Below the pieces are notes generated by a model. It worked only from the letters and a program-made list of their open reading frames with translations, was not told where the DNA came from and did not search any database. The translations under genes were made by a program, and so were the position numbers. Positions 18,108-28,861 of a stretch of DNA of 64,000 bases are shown piece by piece. Source of the DNA: an uncultured Armatimonadia bacterium. Lineage in GTDB: Bacteria; Armatimonadota; Zipacnadia; CAVVLO01. Where the stretch lies: positions 288,001 through 352,000 of the forward strand of contig CAVVLO010000002.1 in assembly GCA_963749155.1 (NCBI GenBank). Direction: 5' to 3'. The first letter of the stretch is position 1; each line of letters opens with the position of its first letter.

Positions 18108-20342
18108 TCAGTCCGTCTTCACCAGGTAGCAGGCCACCTCGGGGCCGAAGGTCGCAGGCGGGGTGAGGGCAGATCCGCCGCTGGAGAGTTCCAGACCGCG
18201 CTGGACGGTCGCTTTACCGCTCTCACAGTCGAACCAGAGGGCATCATAGTGGCCCACTGAGAGGCCTGAAAGCCCCAGAGCGCCCTCTCCGCCCTCGCTG
18301 TAGAGCACCCAACTGGCCGGTCCCGCCAGAACATAATGCGTCCGACCCGCCGCCAACTCGTCCTGCGGAGCCATACTGTCCAAATCCACCCAGGAGAAGA
18401 ACCGCGCGAGCCTGCCCATATCCGCCAGGTCGCCCGGAGGCGTCGTCGCAATGTCCATATCAATCGCCATCACGTGCGCGCCCGCCATTGCCGAGGCCCA
18501 GGCCTTGTGGCGAGAGGCCGCCCCAGTGCCCCAGTCGGCGGCTTCGGACATATTCAGGTTGTAACGGCCTTTCGCCTCGCGGAAAGCTTGCACGAGGCCC
18601 GCGTGCAACTCCTCGGCGGTCGGCAGGTTGTACTGGACCGCGAACTGGTCGAGGTTGGGGTCGCCCGCAAATTCGCTGAAGTCCAGCCCGTCGTTCTTGT
18701 GGACAGCGATTGGGTGGCCCATCGTATCGGCCTCGCGGATTATCGCCGCCAGCTTGCTCACCCGCGCTGGTGGCAACACCTCGGCGTATTCCTCCGCGAT
18801 GCACCAGATGAGGTGACGCAGAGGGCTGAACCGCTGCACCAGCGCAGTTACGAAGCGGCGCTCAGCCGCGCTTACGTCCTGGCCTCTGCCGTAGACATTG
18901 GCGCTGTCGTCGTAGATGAAAAACAGCGTCGCAACACCTGCCTTATCTAGCGCCGAGAGCCATCCATCCCACTGAGCAAGAACCGCCTCGTTGAGCGGTT
19001 TGGCAGGATCGTTATCAACAAAGGGATTCTGAGTGGCGTCGCCGTCTCCCCCGTGAGAGCGTACCGCCATCAGATAGAGGCAGTTGGCGCCGCTTGCCGC
19101 GAGCTTCTGGATCAGCTCCTCCTGGTCGCCTGAACGCGTGCCGTCAGGATTGAGCGTGCCACGGAACAGGAAGCCCTCCGGGTCGCCCGGCCCTGCCATC
19201 AGGAAGGTGCCATCGCCGACCGTCTTTAGCCACTGGGGCTTCTCCGCATCGGGGACGACAGCGCCGAGGTTGGCGGGGGCGTCAGTAACCGCGCCAACGA
19301 GTCGCCCCAGGGCCTCGTTGATCATCTCCCAGGTATTCATCCGGCAGTCGTTGTAGCTGAAGATGAGGTCGAGGCTTGGGATGACGACCATCGCGCGCGG
19401 TCCGCCATGGCCAAAAGCGCCATAAGTGTCATAAGGGGCGTCGGGCCAGTTGCGTTTGCCCTGGGCCTTGACCCCGTTGGTCCACCAAAGCCAACTGTAG
19501 CTGCCCTCGTGCTCGCACTGGTTGTCGGGAATGGAAAGTGACCCCATCGAGCGCTGGCCCTTCAGCATCGGCGTGACGGTCATCCCGGCTCTTGGCAGCG
19601 TTGCTGGCAGAGGATCGCTGGTGGCCAGCTTTGCCCAGAGAGGAGAGAGTAGCTGCTGGTCACCCCACTTCCCCCCGTGCAGGTACAGCAGTCCAAGGCG
19701 GGCGAAGTCGCGTGGCGAGATACCAAGTCGGCCTGGCCGGTCGCCCTTGCCGAAGGCCATCAACGTCGGGTTGTCCTCGCAGCCGATAAGGTCTGTCAGT
19801 TGCGGATGGAAGACCTCGGCATCCACGTGGTCATAGTCAGTACCGTAGACCTTGAAGAAAAGCGTGTCCCAGAAAAGTGCCATCGCCCAGTCGTTGTAGT
19901 CATACGCCGTGCCTGGCAGCTCGGAGAGACCATAGCAGACCGTCTGGTTGCCGAAGTCGCGCCAGGTGATGGTGGTGCCCTGCTCGCCAAGCTCCGTTAA
20001 GCGCGACTCCCACTGGACGACAGGCTGATCCACCGAAGGGATGCGCCCGGTGTCGAGGGCATGCTGCAGGAAGTAGCTATAGACGACCTTGGCCGCGGAA
20101 GCGACGTCGCCGCGGGCCGTGATGTCTCCCCAGGAATAGACCAGCTTGCCGTGCCGGATTACACAGCCACGCCCGCCAGCATAAGAGGCAAGCGAATCAA
20201 GGATCTCCTGGTTCATTCCGACCTCGGCCGGGCTGGCGGTATGCCAGGTCTTGCCGGGAAGGGTCGGAGCAGCGGCAGTGCAGCCTGCAGCTGCCATCAG
20301 CAGAACAGCTAGCGCTATAAGAAGAACGAGCTTCTCCATCAC
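18108..20342 (-). CDS. lipoprotein: beta-lactamase-fold serine hydrolase fused to a glycosidase-like TIM barrel (DUF4038-like) and a putative collagen-binding-type C-terminal domain
   Basis: Lipobox AAGC; SxxK (SAAK), YDYND, ISPRDFARLGLLYLHGGKW, YSWLWW, AFGHGG; second half ANCLYLM...WCIAEEY...HPIAVH; C-terminal YDALWFDCESG. Confidence 0.7.
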   Translation of the reverse strand: MMEKLVLLIALAVLLMAAAGCTAAAPTLPGKTWHTASPAEVGMNQEILDSLASYAGGRGCVIRHGKLVYSWGDITARGDVASAAKVVYSYFLQHALDTGRIPSVDQPVVQWESRLTELGEQGTTITWRDFGNQTVCYGLSELPGTAYDYNDWAMALFWDTLFFKVYGTDYDHVDAEVFHPQLTDLIGCEDNPTLMAFGKGDRPGRLGISPRDFARLGLLYLHGGKWGDQQLLSPLWAKLATSDPLPATLPRAGMTVTPMLKGQRSMGSLSIPDNQCEHEGSYSWLWWTNGVKAQGKRNWPDAPYDTYGAFGHGGPRAMVVIPSLDLIFSYNDCRMNTWEMINEALGRLVGAVTDAPANLGAVVPDAEKPQWLKTVGDGTFLMAGPGDPEGFLFRGTLNPDGTRSGDQEELIQKLAASGANCLYLMAVRSHGGDGDATQNPFVDNDPAKPLNEAVLAQWDGWLSALDKAGVATLFFIYDDSANVYGRGQDVSAAERRFVTALVQRFSPLRHLIWCIAEEYAEVLPPARVSKLAAIIREADTMGHPIAVHKNDGLDFSEFAGDPNLDQFAVQYNLPTAEELHAGLVQAFREAKGRYNLNMSEAADWGTGAASRHKAWASAMAGAHVMAIDMDIATTPPGDLADMGRLARFFSWVDLDSMAPQDELAAGRTHYVLAGPASWVLYSEGGEGALGLSGLSVGHYDALWFDCESGKATVQRGLELSSGGSALTPPATFGPEVACYLVKTD

Positions 20343-20429
20343 TTGGCCTCCTCGCCGGCAGGGAGAACGAGCCGGTGGGTGTATTCTAGAACGCCCTTAG
20401 TCTTTTTCGCCTTACAGGAGGAATTACCT

Positions 20430-23055
20430 ATGTCCGGAAAACTTTCGCTTGCAGGAGTCTGGGGCCTGACCTGGGCCGAAGGCTCGCCTTTTATCAACTC
20501 CGGTTATTATGCGACCCCGCGTTTTGAGTGCGGCAAGCTGCTGGAAGCTGAAGTGCCAGCGCCCGTCCACAAGGTCTTAGAGCGTCACGGCCTGCTCGAA
20601 GATGCAAACTTTGGCTTGAATAGTCTGCGCGCGCGCTGGGTCGAAGAGATGTTCTGGGTTTACCGGCGTACTTTCGAGGCTCCCGCGGAGGCTGCAAGCC
20701 AGCCGGCGTCGCTCTGTTTCGGCCGGCTGGAATTCGAGGCGGATGTCTGGCTGAACGGTGAGCTTGTTGGCCATCACGAGAACGCCCACCGGCCCGCCGA
20801 GTTCGACGTTACAGGCAAAGTGAAGGCCGGGGAGAACCTGATTGTGGTGCGAGTTTCAACCGGGATGCATTCAGTTGCCGACAAGTCAGCTCTCGAATAC
20901 GGCACCGATGACATCTCTCGCCTGACGAAACGCCATTGGCATCGGCATCCGCAGTATCAGCATGGCTGGGACTGGAATGCCCGCCTGGTAAATGTGGGCA
21001 TCCTCGGCGAGGTGGCGCTCGAGTGGGGCGCTGCGCCCAGACTGCGCGAAGTGTCCGTCTACGCCCAGCCAAACGCTGACTATTCCAAGGCGACCTTCCA
21101 TGCACGGGCCAGCCTGATGAACTCCGATGCGGAAGCCAAGAAAGTCACTATGAAGGCGCGCCTGGTGGAGACAGGGCAAGAAGTTTCTCTCGACATTGAA
21201 GCCACGCCTGGCGAGTCGCGCCACGAGCTGAAGCTCGAGCTCTCTTCGCCGAAGCTGTGGTGGCCAATCGGGCACGGAGAGCAGGCGCTTTATACCGTCG
21301 AGGTGTCGGCTGAGGCCGCAGGTGAAGTCCAGCAAGTGGCCCGCCGGACGGGCGTGCGGAAGATCGATGTGGATCAGTCGGCCCATCCAGTCGAGGGGCA
21401 ATACTTCACCCTCAAGGTGAACGACCGGCCCATCTTCTGCAAGGGCGGCAACTGGGTCCCGCCCGATATGCTTTATACGTCCGTCGAACCGGAGCGCTAC
21501 CAGCGGCTGGTCGACCTCGCGGTAGAAGCCAACTTCACGATGCTGCGCGTCTGGGGCGGCGGGCTCTTCCTCGATGAGGGCGTCTGCAGTGCCTGCGATG
21601 AGGCGGGCCTGCTGATCTGGCATGACCTGCTGTTCGCCTGCAGCAAGTATCCGGGTGACGATCCTGCCTTTGTCCTCGAAGTCCGCCGCGAGGTTACGCA
21701 CAACCTGCGCGAGCTCGCTCACCACCCTTCAATGGCAGTCTGGTGCGGCAATAACGAGATCGAGTGGGGCGACTGGGGCTGGGGCTACGATAACTGGAAG
21801 TCCACCCATCCCCACTATGCGATGTTCCACCGCGACTTGCCCGCTATCGCTCAAGACGAAGCACCGCATGTGTTTTACTGGAGAAGCTCGCCTTATTCGC
21901 CGAATTTCGAATATCCCAACGACCCCACCGTGGGCGACCAGCACCCCTGGACTGTAACGCTCCAGACGCCTGGTGGTTCAGAGTGGTGGGATTATCGCAA
22001 GTTTGTGGATCGCTTCCCCAATGAGGGCGGCGTGCTGGGCAGTTCGCCCATCACCACGTTGAAGCAGTTCCTCCCCGAGGCCGAGCGCAGTCTCTACAGT
22101 CCGAGCTGGGTGCATCACGACAACCCGCTACGCGACGATGGACAGCGTCCCAGGCGCGCCGGGCCATGCTTATCAGACGGTCACCCTGTGGACTGGCCGC
22201 GATCCACGCGATATGACAATCGAGGATTATGCTTTCACCAGCGGGCTCTTGCAGGCCGACGGGCTGCGCGAGTATATCTCAAACTTCCGCAGGCGGATGT
22301 TCAGCAGCGCCTCGGCCATCTTCTGGATGTACAATGACTCCTGGCCCGTGACCAACGGGTGGACGATCGTGGACTATTACCTGAGGAAGAAGCTCGCTTT
22401 CCATCCTGTGCAGAAGGCTTTCCAGCCTGTGACTGTGGTGGTAGCCGAGGAGAGCGAGGGCGTGAAGGTCTTCGGTGTGAATGATTCGCCAGAGGACTGG
22501 TTCGGCGACCTGCAGTATGGTTTCTTCACGCTGGAGGGGGAGCTACTGATCCAGGGAGAGCTAAACGCGAAGCTCCCGGCCCTCTCCTCGACCGTACTTG
22601 GCGAACTGTCTCGCGCCGAGTGGGAGGAGCTAGGCACATCTCGTAGCGGGGCCTTCGCCGTGCTGATGGACGAGGGGCGCATCGTGGCGCAGCACCGGCT
22701 GTTCGTCGAGCGGTTCAAAGACCTGGAGTTCTCCGAGCCGCAGGTTACGGTCATCTACGCCGGCGGCGTTGCGACCTTCAGCTCGCCGCATTTCGTCTGG
22801 GGCGTGTGCCTCGATGACACGGGCGAGCTTGCGGTGCCTGATAACTGCTTCGATCTGCTGCCAGGCATCCCGTATACACTCGACTGGCCCGCGGAGCTCG
22901 GTGAGCCGACCATCGTGGCAATCGGGAGCCGAGATGCGGTGAAGCTGGCACTAGTGCGACCAACTGGTGGGGGTGCGGGGGCACTGCCCCCGCGCCTTCC
23001 CATAACTCGCGTTCTTAGTCAGTCCTGGATACTGGCGGCCGCCTCATTGAGATAG
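20430..23055 (+). CDS. glycoside hydrolase family 2, beta-mannosidase-like (frameshift at ~22130; 3' end uncertain)
   Basis: AGGAG RBS; HGWDW, LWWPIGHGEQALY, FCKGGNWVP, MLRVWGGG, HHPSMAVWCGNNE, GDQH, NEGG; continuation IFWMYNDSWP...WTIVDYY. Confidence 0.9.
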
Positions 23056-25553
23056 CCTCTCAGCAGTTTCAGCTCTCGTTTCTGCGTCTCTGTGGCAAAG
23101 CCATCGCACCCGTAGTCCGACCAGAGGATGCCTGGCGCGCCACCTTCTTCATAAGTGGCCTTCCACCAGGGATAAGCCGCCATCAGGCAGTGGATCATCA
23201 TCCCCTTGCGCGGCTCCTCCAGGTTATAAACAGACTGATAATCTCGGCCATAATAATCATTCAAGACGATGTCACGCATATGATCGAACTGAGGCAGGAA
23301 AAGTGGCACCACACCCGCCTTGACCATCTCGCGCATCCCCTGGCGCCACTCGGTCTCGGTATAGGGCAGCGTCGTATAGTCATTATAGAAGTGCAGCACG
23401 TCGGCCTGCTTCACTACCTCGAAGACCATCGCATTGCGGCGCTGCGAGTAGTACACATGCCGCCAGTGAGAGTTGTCTCCATCGGGTTTGCCTTCGCAGA
23501 CCAGGTTGGCGCCTTCGGTCCGGACAGACAGCTCGCCCCCTGGGAGGAACTGCTGGATCAGGCTGTTGGCCTTTCGCAGGATATCCATCCGGAGTTCGGT
23601 GCGGAAGACATCCCAGTCCTCGGTAGCTTTGCTCCAGTCGTGGAAGGGGTGCTCAGGCTTGTTGTAGACTGGCCCGTGATGCAGCACCTCGAAGTTTTCA
23701 TCACCCTGATTGGCCTCCGGATCAATCGCCTCGAAGCTCTCGTAATCGCTGCCCCAGGCCTGATTAACGGCTTTCAACGTGCCATACTTTACTTGAAGCC
23801 AGTCCCGGAAGCGTTCCTTGGCCAGGGGCCCGAGGTAGTAGCGCACATTGATGTCATCGCGCATCCAGCCCCAGGTGTCTTCCATCTCGATGGGCACCCG
23901 ACCGGTCTTCGAGCGGAACCAGAGATCGCCCCACCTGGCCCAGTTGTATTCTGTCCAGGCGGCGATTACCTCGGGCACAGCCGGATCGCCCATATCCACC
24001 GATGGAGCGCCTGCATTATAGCCAGGCTCGGTCAGTGAAGGCTTAACCTGGCGCCCCAGCACCGGCTCGGCATTGGTGTACCAGGAAAGGCCCGAGGGTG
24101 GATAGACGCTCCACCCCAGCACCTTCATATCAAGCTTGCGCATCAGGACATCGTAGAAATACTTGTAGCAGGCGCTGTGCAACTCGACGCCCTTGCGACC
24201 TGTCACTTCCGGCACCCACCAGTTGCCCGCAGTGCTGGAGATAAGGTTCACGCCCAGCGCCTTCAGCTCGGCGAGTTCCCGGTACAGATGGTCTTCGGGA
24301 TACGGCCCAAGCTGGATGCCGGTGCGCATCCCGGGCATTGCCATGGCCAGGATTGCCGGCTCCTCGAAGCCGTCTTCGCGCCTGACTACCATCTCGTTGT
24401 TCGGATTTGGCTTGATGCGGAGCGTCTCATCAGAGACCTTCACCGGTATCTTGGCAACCATGAGCTTCTTGGGATTCTCGGTCATCAGCTTCAACACAAC
24501 GCGCTTTGTCCAGGGTGCGACCTGAAGATAGAGAGTGGCTTCGATGGTCTGCTTGCGGGTTGCTGGCTGGTGGATGACGAAACTGGTCATAAACTCTTCG
24601 AACCGCTCGAGGAAGCCCGGCCACTGGGCGTTCTGGGGTGTCTGAAGGAAGGTTAGCTCGGGCTCCTCCTGACCGCCCTGGGGGGTCACGGTCAGCGGCA
24701 TGGTCAGTTTGGTGAAGTCCACACCGGCCCAGATATTCACCCACCAGTTGAACTCCTTGTAGTAGCGGCAGGCCATCCGGAAATCTATCTGATACCGCCC
24801 AGGCTTAAGCCCCCGTACATACTCGGCGCCGAGTCTCGGGCAGTAGAAATTAACCCATTGCTCGACTGACTCGCCCGGGTACAGATACTCGAGTTGCCGC
24901 TCGAAGGCGTTGAGCGAGTTGGCGACCCACTCGACTTCGCCGGCCTCGCTATACCGAGTAAGGGTCGGGATGGCCATACTCCCGCCAAACCCGTCAGGAT
25001 CGAGGATCGTGTCTCCCGTGTTGGTTATACGGAACTTGAACCACAGCGCGTTGGCTGGCTGGATAACTGCCGACCGGACGAAGGGCTGCCTGTCAAAAGG
25101 CGGGAAGGGGCTGGTCGGCCCCTCGGGATCGGGGCCAAGTGGCACGTATTTCGACTCGTTATAGTCCGCGCCCAGACTGCCCAGATACTCGATCGAGACG
25201 CTGGCCGTGCCCGGAAGCGCCAGGTCAAAGAACGCTGTCTCTTTGGCTTTGAGGTCATGTTCGAAAGCTACCGCTTCGACCGCGAGCCGGCTTGTCCCAG
25301 CGGGTCTGGTCAACTTGTAGTGGACAGGTATGACATCATAAGCTCGCGCAAGCTCTGGCAAGGTGTACTCCAGAGTGGCTTCATCCAGCTTCAAGACACC
25401 GGTTTGCACACTCGCCTGTTCATATCGAACAAGCTGGCCAGACTTGCGAGCCGCATCAGACAGTGCAGTGTAGCTGACCTGAGGTTGTGAGGTTTGGGAC
25501 AGTGCCGGTCGTAATGCCAGAAGGAGCAAACTCGCGATTAGCAGACCACGCAT
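23019..25553 (-). CDS. secreted protein with a GH42-like (beta-galactosidase-type) domain
   Basis: Signal peptide (ALS-Q); FRDWLQVKYGTLKAVNQAWGSDYESFEAI and DWDVFR are typical of GH42-related folds. Confidence 0.55.
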   Translation of the reverse strand: MRGLLIASLLLLALRPALSQTSQPQVSYTALSDAARKSGQLVRYEQASVQTGVLKLDEATLEYTLPELARAYDVIPVHYKLTRPAGTSRLAVEAVAFEHDLKAKETAFFDLALPGTASVSIEYLGSLGADYNESKYVPLGPDPEGPTSPFPPFDRQPFVRSAVIQPANALWFKFRITNTGDTILDPDGFGGSMAIPTLTRYSEAGEVEWVANSLNAFERQLEYLYPGESVEQWVNFYCPRLGAEYVRGLKPGRYQIDFRMACRYYKEFNWWVNIWAGVDFTKLTMPLTVTPQGGQEEPELTFLQTPQNAQWPGFLERFEEFMTSFVIHQPATRKQTIEATLYLQVAPWTKRVVLKLMTENPKKLMVAKIPVKVSDETLRIKPNPNNEMVVRREDGFEEPAILAMAMPGMRTGIQLGPYPEDHLYRELAELKALGVNLISSTAGNWWVPEVTGRKGVELHSACYKYFYDVLMRKLDMKVLGWSVYPPSGLSWYTNAEPVLGRQVKPSLTEPGYNAGAPSVDMGDPAVPEVIAAWTEYNWARWGDLWFRSKTGRVPIEMEDTWGWMRDDINVRYYLGPLAKERFRDWLQVKYGTLKAVNQAWGSDYESFEAIDPEANQGDENFEVLHHGPVYNKPEHPFHDWSKATEDWDVFRTELRMDILRKANSLIQQFLPGGELSVRTEGANLVCEGKPDGDNSHWRHVYYSQRRNAMVFEVVKQADVLHFYNDYTTLPYTETEWRQGMREMVKAGVVPLFLPQFDHMRDIVLNDYYGRDYQSVYNLEEPRKGMMIHCLMAAYPWWKATYEEGGAPGILWSDYGCDGFATETQKRELKLLRGYLNEAAASIQD

Positions 25554-25748
25554 CTCATCCGCCTCCAAAGCGCGTCAGTCAGGCGCTGGCCCTTAGCTTC
25601 TCTGGCCTCTCGGATTTCCCTGCGTAAAAGCCAGGCGCGCTTGGGGCTGGTAAGAGCTTTGATTCCGGGCTTCCGGCATGGAGCGTAGCTCGGGGTACTT
25701 CCAGAAGGTGCGATATTGAGCGCCATATAAAATATATCCTAAGGGGGA

Positions 25749-25776
25749 TTGCCAATATACAATTTTCACTTATAAT
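25749..25776 (+). promoter_or_regulatory. promoter of DUF1559 paralogue 1
   Basis: TTGCCA-16 nt-TATAAT; same layout as the paralogue 2 promoter. Confidence 0.65.
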
Positions 25777-25855
25777 GAATTTAGGATGTCACAGGATGAA
25801 TCACCGCCATATGCTCTACAGAGCAAACACTATGTGCCCGGGGGGTTCCAAAACT

Positions 25856-26575
25856 GTGAAGAAGCAAGGTTTCACCCTCATCGAGTTGCTGGTCGTAATA
25901 GCCATCATTGCGATTCTGGCAGCTATCCTGTTCCCAGTCTTTGCGCGCGCCAGGGAGAAAGCCAGGCAATCCGCCTGCCTTTCCAACTGCAAGCAGCTAG
26001 GCCTTGCGGTAATGCAATATGTCCAGGATTATGACGGCTCTTTCCCTGACCATGCCTCACTAGGGGTCCACGTCTATACGGAGGGGTATCTGGGTGGTGT
26101 CCACATAAATGACTACGCCATCCGTATCTGGACCGATCCCACACAAACTACCGTAGGCGGTATGGCCAAGGTCCTGGGGCCGTATGTCAAGAACCAGCAG
26201 ATGTTCGTCTGTCCCTCCGATCCGAAGGTGGATCGCTGGATCAGTGGTAGAGAACGCGGGTCCTACTATATGCGCCATGCCATAGACGCTTATGCCTTCA
26301 GTGTGCGTATGCCCGCAAACGAATCAGTTGTCAAGCGGCCATCGCAATTGATGCTTAGCGTCGAGGAAGCCTGGCACTGGGGCGGTGCCGAGCCCTGGTG
26401 CTGGACTACCAACAACATTGGCTCAAACAAGGATATCAACGCCGTGTTCTTTGATGGCCATGCCAAAGTATCCAAAACCTACTGGGATGCCGGCAACCAG
26501 CACATCCCTTACTATGATACCAACTGGTTCTACAACAACCATGGCTGGTATTTCCTGAACGATCCTTACGATTAA
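25856..26575 (+). CDS. prepilin-type N-methylation / DUF1559 protein, paralogue 1
   Basis: GTG start after a GGGGG RBS; G^[40 protein letters not shown]. Confidence 0.9.
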   Translation: MKKQGFTLIELLVVIAIIAILAAILFPVFARAREKARQSACLSNCKQLGLAVMQYVQDYDGSFPDHASLGVHVYTEGYLGGVHINDYAIRIWTDPTQTTVGGMAKVLGPYVKNQQMFVCPSDPKVDRWISGRERGSYYMRHAIDAYAFSVRMPANESVVKRPSQLMLSVEEAWHWGGAEPWCWTTNNIGSNKDINAVFFDGHAKVSKTYWDAGNQHIPYYDTNWFYNNHGWYFLNDPYD

Positions 26576-26612
26576 TCCTAACCTGTATCGCATGCAATAC
26601 CTGTGACGTCGC

Positions 26613-26647
26613 AGCCCTCGGCTCCTCGGAGTCGAGGGCTCTTCTTT
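26613..26647 (+). terminator. intrinsic terminator of paralogue 1
   Basis: AGCCCTCGGCTCC..GGAGTCGAGGGCT + CTTCTTT. Confidence 0.7.
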
Positions 26648-26718
26648 ACTGCCACAACCCTCGTCCCCAGGGCCTTTGTTCGATATGAACATAAGGTAAA
26701 AAAAATCCTAAGAGGGTC

Positions 26719-26746
26719 TTGTCAATATTTCGTATTTCGTTATAAT
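26719..26746 (+). promoter_or_regulatory. promoter of DUF1559 paralogue 2
   Basis: TTGTCA-16 nt-TATAAT, preceded by ATCCTAAG as in paralogue 1. Confidence 0.65.
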
Positions 26747-26840
26747 ACATATAGGACATTGCGGAGCTTCACTCGCTCGGAGTCTCACCGCCTTATGCTC
26801 AATGGAGCAATCACAATAAGTTCGGGGGGGTCCCACCACT

Positions 26841-27557
26841 GTGAAGAAGCAAGGTTTTACCCTTATCGAGCTGCTGGTTGTAATCGCCATCATCGCGATT
26901 CTGGCAGCTATCCTGTTCCCGGTCTTCGCGCGCGCGCGTGAGAAGGCTCGTCAGTCAGCGTGTCTTTCCAACTGCAAGCAGCTTGGTCTTGCCGTAATGC
27001 AGTATGTCCAGGACTATGATGGTTGCTACCCAGACTCAAGCGCCGCTGGCCTGCTCTACTCCAACGGCTACCAGGGCGCAGCCCACATCAACGACTGGGC
27101 TATCCGCATCTGGTCAGATGGTACTCAGACCACCGCAGCCGGTATGGCCAGGACTCTTGGGCCCTACATCAAGAACCAGCAGATGTTCGTCTGCCCGTCC
27201 GATCCAAAGGTCGACCGCTGGATCGCTGGCAACCAGCGTGGCTCCTACTATATGCGCCACGCCAACGATGGCTACGCCTTCTCTGTGGGTATGCCCATCG
27301 CCGAGTCAGTCGTAAAGCGTCCCTCCCAGTTGATTATGGCCCTGGAAGAGGCCTGGCACTGGGGCGGCGCCGAACCCTGGTTCTGGACCTGGACTAACAC
27401 TGGCCCATCCAAGGACGCCAATGGCGTGTTCTTCGATGGCCACGCCAAAGTCACCAAGTGCCCGTTCACCAGCGGCCTGGGCGTGCAGCCCTATGACGCC
27501 AACTGGTTCTACAATGGCCATCACTGGTACTTCCTCAACGATCCATGGGATATGTAG
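26841..27557 (+). CDS. prepilin-type N-methylation / DUF1559 protein, paralogue 2
   Basis: Same pilin N-terminus; [16 protein letters not shown]. Confidence 0.9.
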   Translation: MKKQGFTLIELLVVIAIIAILAAILFPVFARAREKARQSACLSNCKQLGLAVMQYVQDYDGCYPDSSAAGLLYSNGYQGAAHINDWAIRIWSDGTQTTAAGMARTLGPYIKNQQMFVCPSDPKVDRWIAGNQRGSYYMRHANDGYAFSVGMPIAESVVKRPSQLIMALEEAWHWGGAEPWFWTWTNTGPSKDANGVFFDGHAKVTKCPFTSGLGVQPYDANWFYNGHHWYFLNDPWDM

Positions 27558-27596
27558 TTTCGTAGTGTGAACCGCCAAGCCTCACCGCAACGTCCT

Positions 27597-27631
27597 CGCC
27601 CTCGGCTCTCAGGAGCCGAGGGTGTTTTTTT
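27597..27631 (+). terminator. intrinsic terminator of paralogue 2
   Basis: CGCCCTCGGCTC-TCAG-GAGCCGAGGGTG + T7. Confidence 0.85.
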
Positions 27632-27854
27632 GCCTGCCTGCGCCTGACACAGCAAGCCAGGTCAGCTCTCCCCCTCGGCAGCGTATTTTACATCGCAGTT
27701 GTGAAAATATATATGAAAGTTATATGAAAATCCGGGTTTTGGCCCAAAACCGACTTACAATAGCAAATGGGGACGTTACCCAGGCTGCGCTTATATTGTG
27801 AAGTCCAGATTCAGGCTCTGTAGAGCCAACCTATTATGCAGGAGGTTTCAGGTT

Positions 27855-28574
27855 ATGAAGAGGCATGGTTTTACTCTCATCGAGCTGCTGGTTGTTATCG
27901 CCATCATTGCGATTCTGGCAGCCATCCTGTTCCCTGTTTTCGCACGGGCTCGTGAAAAGGCCAGGCAGTCCGCCTGTCTTTCCAACTGCAAGCAACTGGG
28001 ACTGGCAGTAATGCAATATATCCAGGACTACGATGGCTGCTATCCCGACGCCTCGAGCGTAGGCTTCTTGTACAGCGGAGGCTACGTTGGCGGACCTTTC
28101 ATAGAGAACTACGCCGTCCGCATCTGGTCCGACGCCACTCAGACTGTTTCGGCTGGCATGGGCAAGACGCTTGGGCCATACATCAAGAACCAGCAGATGT
28201 TCCTGTGCCCCTCTGACCCGAAGGTAGATCGGTGGATCGCCGGCAACCAGCGTGGTTCCTACTATATGCGCCATGCAATCGACGCCTATGCTTTCACCTA
28301 TCAGTACCCAGTTAACGAAGCTGTCATCAAGCGACCGGCTCAATTGATGATTGCTGTTGAAGAAGCCTGGCATTGGGGCGGTGCTGAACCCTGGTGCTGG
28401 ACGACCAATAATGTCGGGCCTGACAAGGACATCAATGCTGTGTTCTTCGATGGCCATGCCAAGGTAAGCAAGACTTACTGGACCACGACAGGCACAGCTG
28501 TACCCTACTACGACACCAACTGGTTCTACAATGGCGACAACTGGAACTTCCTGAACGACCCCTGGGATATCTAG
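27855..28574 (+). CDS. prepilin-type N-methylation / DUF1559 protein, paralogue 3
   Basis: AGGAGG RBS; MKRHG^[23 protein letters not shown]. Confidence 0.9.
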   Translation: MKRHGFTLIELLVVIAIIAILAAILFPVFARAREKARQSACLSNCKQLGLAVMQYIQDYDGCYPDASSVGFLYSGGYVGGPFIENYAVRIWSDATQTVSAGMGKTLGPYIKNQQMFLCPSDPKVDRWIAGNQRGSYYMRHAIDAYAFTYQYPVNEAVIKRPAQLMIAVEEAWHWGGAEPWCWTTNNVGPDKDINAVFFDGHAKVSKTYWTTTGTAVPYYDTNWFYNGDNWNFLNDPWDI

Positions 28575-28610
28575 TTAGCCACTAGTCAAAGAGCGTGGCC
28601 AGGACGTCCT

Positions 28611-28643
28611 CACCCCCGGCTCTCCGGAGTCGGGGGTGGTTTT
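28611..28643 (+). terminator. intrinsic terminator of paralogue 3
   Basis: CACCCCCGGCTC-TCCG-GAGTCGGGGGTG + GTTTT. Confidence 0.75.
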
Positions 28644-28861
28644 CCTCGAATTATTTTGGTGAATCCGAGCGAATTTCTCAATAAGCAAGTAGGAACTCCC
28701 ATATTAGGGTATAATTAAACATCCGAACGGCAGGCAGTCAGGACGGGCAGCGCCGTCAAAAGCCACACGAAGGCTGGCACTTTTTGATGTTATGCAAGGC
28801 GCTGACTTCCTGGGTAGCCTGCCGCGGTTATTGTATACCTGATTACTAGGGAGGACCCATC

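Noticed and set aside
18108..20342. Antibiotic-resistance beta-lactamase
   Set aside because: Only the general SxxK fold is evident; the fusion and context suggest an esterase/amidase.
22950..23055. Genuine 3' overlap between the GH2 gene and the convergent gene
   Set aside because: The tail runs through a GC hairpin (~22968-22995) and looks non-coding; probably a missed stop caused by an indel.
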